A DNA stretch of 64,000 nucleotides from Octopus vulgaris. Taxonomy: Eukaryota. Numbering within the stretch: position 1 is the stretch's first letter; each line of letters opens with the position of its first letter. Shown here piece by piece: positions 54,612 through 64,000 of the stretch. Below the pieces are notes generated by a model. That model ran no database searches and had not been told where the DNA came from. It was given only the letters and a program-made list of their open reading frames with translations. Location of the stretch: the NCBI GenBank assembly GCA_951406725.2, contig OX597826.1, positions 39,432,001-39,496,000 on the forward strand, written 5' to 3'. The translations under genes and the position numbers were made by a program.

Positions 54612-54854
54612 TTTTCTCTTTTCTCTTTTACTTGTTTCAGTCATATGACTGCGGTCGTGCTGGAGCACCGCCTTAAGTCGAGCAAATCGACCCCAAGACT
54701 TATTCTTTGTAAGCCTAGTACTTATTCTATCGGTCTCTATTTCCGAACCGCTAGGTTACGGGGTCGTAAACTCACCATCATCGGTTGTCAAGCGATGTTG
54801 GGGGACAAACACAGACACACAAACATACACACACACACACAGACACACACACAC

Positions 54855-54903
<49 letters not shown>

Positions 54904-55057
54904 CATATATACGACGGGCTTCTTTCAGTTTCTGTCTACCAAATCCACTCACAAGGATTTGGTCGGGCCGAGGCTATAGTAGAAGACACTTGCCCAAGGT
55001 GCCACGCAGTGGGACTGGACCCGGAACCATGTGGTTCGTAAGCAAGCTACTTACCAC
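54612..55057 (-). mobile_element. SINE family A
   Basis: Collinear with 11030-11509. Confidence 0.9.
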
Positions 55058-55937
55058 AAATAAGAAAGAAGAAAGCAAAGGACCACTGATGAGGTCACAG
55101 GAGTGTGACGAAAGAACTCTGCCCGAAATAAGATTAAGATTAATGTAAAAAATGAATAACGTTGAAGCAAAGTAACACCAAATATATAGTGCATGTGTTT
55201 TTATTGGCTAAACTGGCAAAATGACCATTTCTAAATACAACGATATAAATAACAAAAAAAAATCTACAGCAATAACGTTTTATAGGTTTGACGCAATGAC
55301 CCAAATTTCTAGTATCGATGTAGCGATACTCACATAAATGAATATTAAAGTCTATCTTGGCAGGAATTAAATTCAGAGGGACATAATGCTCTGTAATCCA
55401 GCGCGTTTTTACCAAATAATGCCCATAATTTTTTACTTATTGATCATCAGGAACTATACTGACACACCGTGTTACGAAAACTAGTTAGAGGATACGTGGG
55501 TGTATAAAATGTAGTAAAATCGATCCCAGTAATGCAAGTGCACTTGATCAGACAATATTGGGATTTGAACGATGTAAATAATGCCAGACGTTGTGTTCGG
55601 TACTGTAGATAATCTACCAATTACCGATATTTACAACAATTGTTTCTTATAAAGGAACAAAGCCAAACTTGGTGAGGACGGGGCCAGTCGATTAAATTGA
55701 CCACTATAGTTGACCGGCAACTTACTTTACTGACATCGAAAGGAAGAAAGGCAAACTTAACCTCAGTGTTATTTGAACAATGAACAAGAGCAAATACACA
55801 TCTGAGCAAATACACTTAGAAATCTAGTTAGAAACATCGACAAAATAATCTCTAATTTATCAGCGTAAAGAGAGTCACACACCGCAGTAGCGCAGAATGA
55901 TTGCACCGAGAAGTTAATGTATAGTGAACTTAGAGAA

Positions 55938-56075
55938 AAACAATCCTCCATTCAATCTAGATGCCTCCACAAATATGACTAGGAGCTTTCGATCCCTACT
56001 TACACAGAATTCCCTAAAGACAAATAGGATCTACAAACGGTTTGATACCCATAGGGTCAAGATTAGCTTAGTCTA
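55938..56075 (+). mobile_element. Short PLE coding fragment
   Basis: NPPFNLDASTNMTRSFRSLLTQN..KTNRIYKRFDTHRVKIS matches the PLE RT-EN linker seen at ~3900 and ~47200. Confidence 0.65.
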
Positions 56076-56244
56076 CACTTTTCGTAGGAAAGTAAAAGTT
56101 AATGCAGAATAGAATTAAAATAGTGCACGTATTTCAATTAATAAATGTAACTTACCGAGCTAAAATACATGTATTTCATTATATTATTTCAGCTGCGACC
56201 CACTGATAACGACAGGTAACACATATTATTTTGTATATTTGCAG

Positions 56245-56376
56245 TTACATATTCGGTGAAGACAGTAAAATTTCAGTGGCATGAAAACCCTGTTGTAATG
56301 AGTCCATCGATTGTTTTACCACAGTTCCGGCTCGTGAAGAACCTTACAGACGACTGTACCAGTCATAATAAAGACA
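56245..56376 (+). CDS. Cys-loop channel exon (loops B, F, start of loop C), 132 bp
   Basis: tttgcag | (F)TYSVKTVKFQWHENPVVMSPSIVLPQFRLVKNLTDDCTSHNKD | gtgagt. LPQF motif and the first Cys of the loop-C disulfide typical of GlyR/GluCl/HisCl. The gene continues beyond the window. Confidence 0.95.
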
Positions 56377-59300
56377 GTGAGTATATTCAAAGATTATTGT
56401 GGTAGTTTTTAGTCTCGTAAGCTATAGAATTACGGGAAAGGAGCGACCACTGAAGACATTAACATGTCAACTATTCCTAAGTTATAGCTGTCCAGCATTC
56501 CTAACATGACCACTATTTGTAAGTTATAACTGTAACAATACAAGCTAAGGAAATATACATCAACTGCACATTGCTCACACTTTTAAATCGGTCAGCTGTA
56601 TCGATTCACGGTACTTATTCACAGATACGCGCACTAGAAGTCAACAAGAATGATTCTTCATGGTCACTTGATATGCTAGAAATAACAACCAAATATCTAA
56701 TTCTATAGCCTTATGAATAAAAAGGTTTCATCGGATAAAATAGTCTTAGATATAAGACAAAGACAGATTGGTCTCAGTTAAAATAGCTCATATCTTTGCT
56801 TAGTCAAGCCTGACCAGTGATTATGCAATAATGACAGATAGGTACATTGGATTAATCATAAAGAAGATAAAAAATACACTGGCTATCCTTGTGGACTTTA
56901 GCATTCCGTATTGCACAGTTTATATATTGTCCACATGTCCAGTCACTATGTGTATCATAGAATGGATTTCTAGCGTAGGAACAGGATCTCAAATTTTTGG
57001 TAAGAGTGTAGCCAAATATATCGACCCAGTACAACGCTGGTATTTTATCTTATCGACTCTAGAAGTGTAAAAGTCAAACCCACCTCAATTAGATTTGAAT
57101 GCAGAACATAAAAAGCATTAATTAAATACTACCATTTTGCCCGAAGCTGTTATGATTTTGCCAATCCTTAACCAGCGTTGAATGTTTCAATGAAAAGAAC
57201 ATCACTTTTCCATAAATGTTTCCAGTCACCATTTTTCTGTGGTTGACAGAAACCGTCACTTTTCTAATTCCATTGAAACTGTAATACCTGCTGGATATGG
57301 GCGATCAATATATTCGATTACACTCTATCCTCCACTTGAAAAGTGTAATTATTTTTTGTAAAAAACATATCGTTGTTCTTGGCAGTTTTTGGATTCTCGA
57401 ATTATTTTCGTTACTTGGGTTATTTCTTAGATGACTACTTGTAGTGATTGTTACCGTATGTTCTGAAAAAATGTATTTACACAAGACTCTAACAACAGGA
57501 AAAATACAATTTTTCAAATCTTTGTTATTTGTAAAGTGAAACACCTTTCTTAAAAATGATAAAGCACAAATATAAAAATTTATTAGAAAACGATTCTTTT
57601 CACACAAATCGATGTTCATGGCCAAATCTTTGTAAAAAAATTCCAATGAATAAATTTCATACAGTTTTTTATTTCATTGGTTTCTAACTTTGAAGATATA
57701 CTTCAACATAGAGGCACCAAAAGACACAAAATAATGTTTAATTGCTAACACGTTTATTTATGTTTTTGAAAGAATTAATTTAGTAATATATCTAAAATTT
57801 TATTAACTCCTCAAATCCTAATTATCGTGGTGTTTTATGGCGATCTGAGCTACTCATGACACTTTTAGCTTAGCAATGAAAACTGCAGGTGACATCACAC
57901 AAAAGCGACATCAATACACGAGCAATCACATACTAATGCAGGCAAGCAGTGTCTCAAAACAGATTGAAAAATATAAGCAAACGTTATATTTGATATAATA
58001 ATGCTGACTGTCGTGGAAGAAGACTAATTTCTAAACCTATTATATGATATTTATCACTTCTGTTTAAATATCCCTTGTCTTTCTCGCAATGGAAGGGTCA
58101 AGGATTTGGGAGACTGTTGTTGAGCTGTGCTTAGGTCATCAGTTGGCTTAATTTGATTCTGTAGACTACAAATACACGACACAAATTACCACCTAATAAT
58201 ATAACGCAACTAACACAGTACGTTTTACGCAATGATCACCCAATACTATAATGCATCTTTCAATGAAAATATGTTTAAAGATGATTAGAGTATGTCACTA
58301 CACATCTGAATGTATCTTTTATTTTCGATTCTGTTTTCTAGAAGAAGGCTGCTAAACTCTAAATCTGAAAGGGTTTTTTCTGTATTCATAAGAATAAATG
58401 TGTGTTTAAAAATGTTTATTAAGTTTCTCTATTATACGTGTTTTATTAGAGTTTGATAAATTCGGTTTGACACTTTGCTTTTACTACTCAAGTTGGGTCC
58501 TCTCGCTTGTTTTTTGTAATTTGAAAAAAGTTTTTAAATTAAAAAAATTTTTTCAAATTAAAAAAATTTTTTCAAATTTTTCAAATTATCTAAATTAAAA
58601 AAAATTTTAATTTAAAATCAAAAAAACAATTAATTTAATTTTTAAGATATTGTGAGTATTTTAATTTTGGTTCATCTGTGATTGTGAGACGGTTAATTTT
58701 TACATTTAATTCATTTAATTATCTTGCTACCGTTTTGATATTTCGATATTTATTTATTAGCTGACCCCCTGCCGTTTATAATTGTTGGCTAATTGTTATT
58801 TCAACAAGGTACTAGATGAAGTACAGAACAATCACAGATACAATAATTCACATATTTCCCAATCACACACATACATACACATACTCAAACAAGATTGGAA
58901 TAATGATATCAGCTTTTATTTTCTGAGTTGTACGTTTCCATTACGCACGCATGGAAACGTTTCCTTTACGCACACACACACACACACACTCACATATTCC
59001 CACACACCCAGAGATGCACACGCATACACACACAAACATTCACATACCTCCCTTTTTCATACACACATAGACACATATACTCACACAGAGTTGAATGGCT
59101 GTTTTTTTTTTACTTTATTCGCCCTTTCCTTTCTCATTAATATGTTGAGAACAGAAAATAGACTCTGAGCTCTTCTTTCTCAAACGGTCATTTCACTAAA
59201 TAGCCATATTTTAAACCGGAAACTTCATTAATAAAAGTATATTTCATGCACACACACATACGAGTACCTGTGAGTTTATATGTGTATGTGTGTGTTTGTG

Positions 59301-59451
59301 TGTGTGTGCACGCGCCCGCGCACCTGTATTCATGCTATAATAAACAATATACACACACAGACACACATATATATATATATATATGTATGTATATATAAAT
59401 ACATACATACATATATGTGTACACATATGCGTAAGTATATAGGCGTGTATA

Positions 59452-59632
59452 TGTCCCGCTAGCCACTACACAATCTTTATTTTCTCTCCTTGTTTCTTTC
59501 TGTGTTCCTTTCTGTGGAAGAGCGTAGGCGCGGAAGGTTAAAGACTTTTTCACTCCTCGAGCGTTATACTAATACATCTGTTTGTTGTCTACACCACCTG
59601 TCTTCGTCTCTTGCTTTTTGTGAATTCTCACC
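59452..59632 (+). mobile_element. pLTR-like cassette with decayed hammerhead (59508-59543)
   Basis: cttt CTGTGGA A GAGC gtag GCGC GGAAG GTT aaag, homologous to 53254-53291. Confidence 0.6.
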
Positions 59633-60189
59633 TATATATATACATTTGCGTAAATGTGAGTGTGCGTGTGTAGGTATACTCATATCGACATATACTAGTT
59701 TTCCTCATATGTGTATGTACCTGTGGCAACAGTCACTCTTAATGTATTATAAAATATATTTACGTGTGTATGGGTAAGTGTGTATGTGAATGTGTGTGTG
59801 TATGTAAGTGTGGATGTATATACAGATGCATGCGTACGGGTGTCTGTTGTCCTTTGGGACTGAATGACTCAGGCCTCGTTACAAATTTATCTTATGCTGC
59901 TTTATATTATGTTACTTAGCCAGTAGGTAAGAGTGAAGGTGAAGAGTAAAGATGCTGAAGACCAAAGATGAAGGTGAAGAGTGAGGCAGAAAGAGAGAGA
60001 GAAAGAAAAACACGGAGAGAGAGTAGCGTCCACGACATGTGGTAGAGAGTTAGAAATATAATTTTAGCAGAGGGGTGATGTTCCGATGGTGAGATTAAAG
60101 AAAGGCGATGGAGAGTGCATAGTGAAATGTATTTTTTAAAATTCAGATAAATTTCTTATTTTACCTATCACTTAACGTATGCACATCCC

Positions 60190-60455
60190 AAACTTGCCTT
60201 TCATTTTAGAAAGAAACCAGTTTCCCGTTCGACTGTCATATGCAAAGACTGTCAATAAATCACAAGAACAGACGTTTGATAAAGTGGGACCATTCTTGCC
60301 TGAATCTGTATTCGGCCATGGTCAGCTATATGCTGCATTCTTAAGGGCTCACAAATTATCTGCGTTAAAGAGGTAAAGCTATCAGCACTGACAAAGGGAA
60401 AAGAAGAGTGAGAACTTACACGAAGAACATAGTCTGCAAAGAGGTATTGGATTGA
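60190..60455 (+). mobile_element. Helitron RepHel PIF1-helicase C-terminal fragment
   Basis: LPFILERNQFPVRLSYAKTVNKSQEQTFDKVG.FLPESVFGHGQLYAAFLR, then TKNIVCKEVL. Confidence 0.9.
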
Positions 60456-60732
60456 AAGGTGTACGCAAATTGAAATGTGTATTGGCTCTGACCCATCGCC
60501 TTGGTTTACAAGTTACCAACGATGTGGTTTTCAGAGTATATCATGTGCATTAAATTTTTACCTCCGTGAAATTGTGACATATAAATTGTTTACAATTAAA
60601 ATATTTTTTTACTATAACATTTTTGTCTTCTAGATAAAAAATTGTTTATGGAGGAAATGGAAACATAAGAAAGTATTTATTTTATGAGTGCTGTGTTTTA
60701 AGTCTACAAAATTGTGCATAACGTATATAAAG

Positions 60733-60804
<72 letters not shown>

Positions 60805-60805
<1 letters not shown>

Positions 60806-61689
60806 CAAGGGATTGGCAAAACGCCTCAGCACACGCTTAAAGTAGACGCGAAATGGCACTAAAACCATCTTAAAACTCTAAAAACACAGGTTGTAATAGA
60901 ACAAAAGGAAGACAATAAATTATACTTTTGGTTAATCACGTATAAAGATCTCATTTCAAGCTAGAGGTAAAAAATATACCTACTGCTATTATCAGGGTCG
61001 ATATTCCGTTGTATAAATGTACCAGTATCTACACATACCTATACGAGCAGTGTCGTCGCACAGCAATATCTCTCTATATATAAACGGCAGTTTGTCTGTG
61101 TGTGTTTCTGTATGTCTGTTAGGTTGTACCCTCACCCTGACCACGGCTTTCAACCGATTCTGATGAAACTTGACACACACATAGCCCAATGTCATAATTC
61201 AAAACTAACGCAGCGAAAATTTTGAAAAGTTCCCCCAGTTCTGAAAAAAATCGATAAATTCGACATGGAGTCGAGAATCAGAAACACAAACCACAGACTG
61301 TCTATGGGACGCAACTCGACCTTTTTAACTAAAAAAAAATTTACCATAATTTTTTTTCCATTTTTTGGCTATAACTCTCTAAAAATGCTTTATAGTTATT
61401 TCCCTTACAAACCCGAGCAACGCCGGGCGATACTGCTAGTGTAAATATACTTGCAAAAATATACAATAAAAAGAGAATTTACCTCTTCCCCTTCAACCAC
61501 GTCTTATATGTCAAAATAATGCTGCAGTGAAGGCATCTTTGATCCGGAGTAAAATTTTCATATATTAATTAAATAATAAAGAATAAAATCATTTTATCAG
61601 GACAACTCGCAAATAAAAACGTTTTAGGTAAATTTTCCAAATATTTTCAGTGTGTACTGAGGCGTTTTGCCAATCCCTTGATCCCTTGT
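60805..61689. mobile_element. TIR element (MITE-like) in (TA)n, ~30-bp TIRs
   Basis: ACAAGGGATTGGCAAAACGCCTCAGCACAC versus GTGTACTGAGGCGTTTTGCCAATCCCTTG(ATCCCTTG)T. Confidence 0.8.
61069..61439 (+). mobile_element. Non-autonomous Helitron nested in the TIR element
   Basis: A|TCTCTCTATATATAAA ... CCCGAGCAACGCCGGG cgatactg CTAG|T. Confidence 0.9.
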
Positions 61690-61725
61690 TATAATTAAGT
61701 ATATAATATAATATAATATAATATA

Positions 61726-61766
<41 letters not shown>

Positions 61767-62409
61767 CATATATATATATATATATATGCAAGTTTGCCTG
61801 TTGATATCACCTTTCTTCACCTAAACATCTGTCAGAAATTATATGAATTGTAAACATGCAATCAGTGTTGTTAGCCTATTCAAATGAAAGAGAATAAAAA
61901 AATTATAATAAAGAAATAATCAATAAAAAAATTATGGAAGAAAATAGTAATCGTAATAAAAATATATAAAACACCCCTCTGTATGTCATTTGAAAACGAA
62001 GAGCTCTTGAATAAAGAAAAGAGTATAAATTTTAATAAATTGCAACTATAAATCAAAATAGTTCAAATCGAGGTCATCATCTTTGTATTTTCATAATTTT
62101 TTGCTAAATTCAGATTTTTGTTTATCATAATTTTAAGACTTTCAAGACGTTTGAAGACAGTTTCAAGCCGTATTCTTTACTTTTATGGAAACCGATATTC
62201 ATTTTTCCCCCTTTTTCGATTGATGATTTTTATTGATTATTTCTGAATTGTTTTCTTATTTTTGCTATTTTGTTGGGTATTTGAGTTTGTAATGTGATCA
62301 GGACGAATATCATTTTTCACATGTTAAAATGAACCAGGCGACTGTAGAAATAGAAATACAAACTGCATAGTAAATAATTTTTAGTACGTTTATAACCAGC
62401 ATTATCCTA

Positions 62410-62502
<93 letters not shown>

Positions 62503-63295
62503 CATAGGATAATGTATATATATATATATATATACATAGGATAATATATATATATATGTATATATATATGTGTGTATATAGCCATGTGCATGTGTATGCA
62601 TATCTTAATAATACTAAAACACTAGAGATGTTTGTGTTTAAACGAAATATCTCAGAAATAGTATAGTTTATCTTAATTTATTTTTGCATATTTATTTTCA
62701 TACTTACCTTCGTCAGTGTAGTACAATTTTTTTGTGATATTTGGACCGCCCCATTTATTTATGAAAACGATTAAACACAATTTTTGTTTCTTATTTCTTG
62801 ACAAAAAAATCATAACTTCCGTGAAGTCAATACACATACATACAGAAAACACATATTATGAATGTCATGGCGTGTCAATCAACACAAATACACGTCCGCT
62901 ATCTGTAACATATACACACATAGACTTTTTGACATACACAATGTTTCAATCATTTAGAAATATTTTTAACTGAATGTGATTTCAAAATGTAAGTTGTTTG
63001 TACAGTAAGTATTTATATTTTAGCTTTCTTTAAACAGCTCATTAATTCCATTAATTTTTTTTTATTTGTTTACATTCGTTTCAAACTTAAAGTGAGGAGG
63101 AAGTGAATGATATAAGTGTATATGAAATCGTCGTGTGTGTAAAAGAGATAGAGATAGTGAGTGAAGGAGTGTGATGTCATGTATACGTACATACATCAAT
63201 ACATATGCATACATATTTTTCTATGTACGTGTCCATGTTTGTATTAGGGAGAGAGAGAGGCAGTAAGTGAGTGAACGTGTGTGTTCTCATGTATA

Positions 63296-63364
<69 letters not shown>

Positions 63365-63823
63365 TCCATTTCATATACACGATTATACATCTTTCACTGT
63401 CTCCTCTCACTTTAAAAAAAATACATAAATATAAATATTTTATGGAAATTAACGAACAAAACCAACTGATCTGGATGACAGTTCTGAGAGTTAGAGCGAA
63501 AGGTTGCCTGCCCCAAGGGAATACTACTACAATTTGTTTTCGAGTGCATTCAACGTATCTCAGCTCCAAAGATGTGGCTGCTATTTCTAGCATGCACCTG
63601 TTACCATGTAACAGCTATTTGCGATAAAGGAGCCGAAATACCTATTACGTAGTAGCAAGGCGGGCAAGACGTAGCAGCCAAATGTTTCCTTTCATGAGGA
63701 AAGTAGCCATTTACGCGTTATTTCAATGACAATTTCGTTAAGACACGCGAAATAACATGGAAAAGAGAAAACCCACGAAACAAAGCACCGTTGTTGGGAA
63801 ACCAACGGATCACTGGTAGCCTA

Positions 63824-63872
<49 letters not shown>

Positions 63873-64000
63873 CAGTATATGTGTGTGTAAATATCTATGT
63901 ATAGTATGTGTGTGTTTATATATATATATATATATCACTGTGACCGAGCAGGCTATCAGATGTTGCTACACCTCGCTGGTTACAATGCGCTTCGCATTGT

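Noticed and set aside
56377-64000. Next exon (loop C end, M1-M2)
   Set aside because: No matching coding sequence recognised; it presumably lies beyond the window.

Overview
AT-rich, microsatellite- and transposon-saturated eukaryotic DNA. The SINE families and repeat landscape point to an octopus (coleoid cephalopod) genome; this is inferred, not proven. Nearly all entries in the ORF track are microsatellite or TE noise. The one real host gene is on the + strand. Five GT-AG exons (16631-16695, 23003-23070, 24555-24781, 48252-48334, 56245-56376) splice in frame to ~191 aa, covering the extracellular domain of a GlyR/GluCl-like Cys-loop (pentameric) ligand-gated channel. Its agonist-binding residues diverge from the GlyR/GluCl consensus. 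The signal-peptide exon and TM exons were not found in the window. The introns and upstream region hold tRNA-derived SINEs, Helitrons, Tc1/mariner, piggyBac- and Tigger-like MITEs, and CR1, RTE, R4/Dong and HERO-like LINE remnants. The most striking non-coding signal is a dense set of Penelope-like-element (PLE) derived pieces. These include about ten hammerhead-ribozyme motifs from several unrelated families, mostly in short cassettes inside (TA)n tracts, plus three near-perfect asymmetric fold-back hairpins and two PLE remnants with inverted pLTRs.
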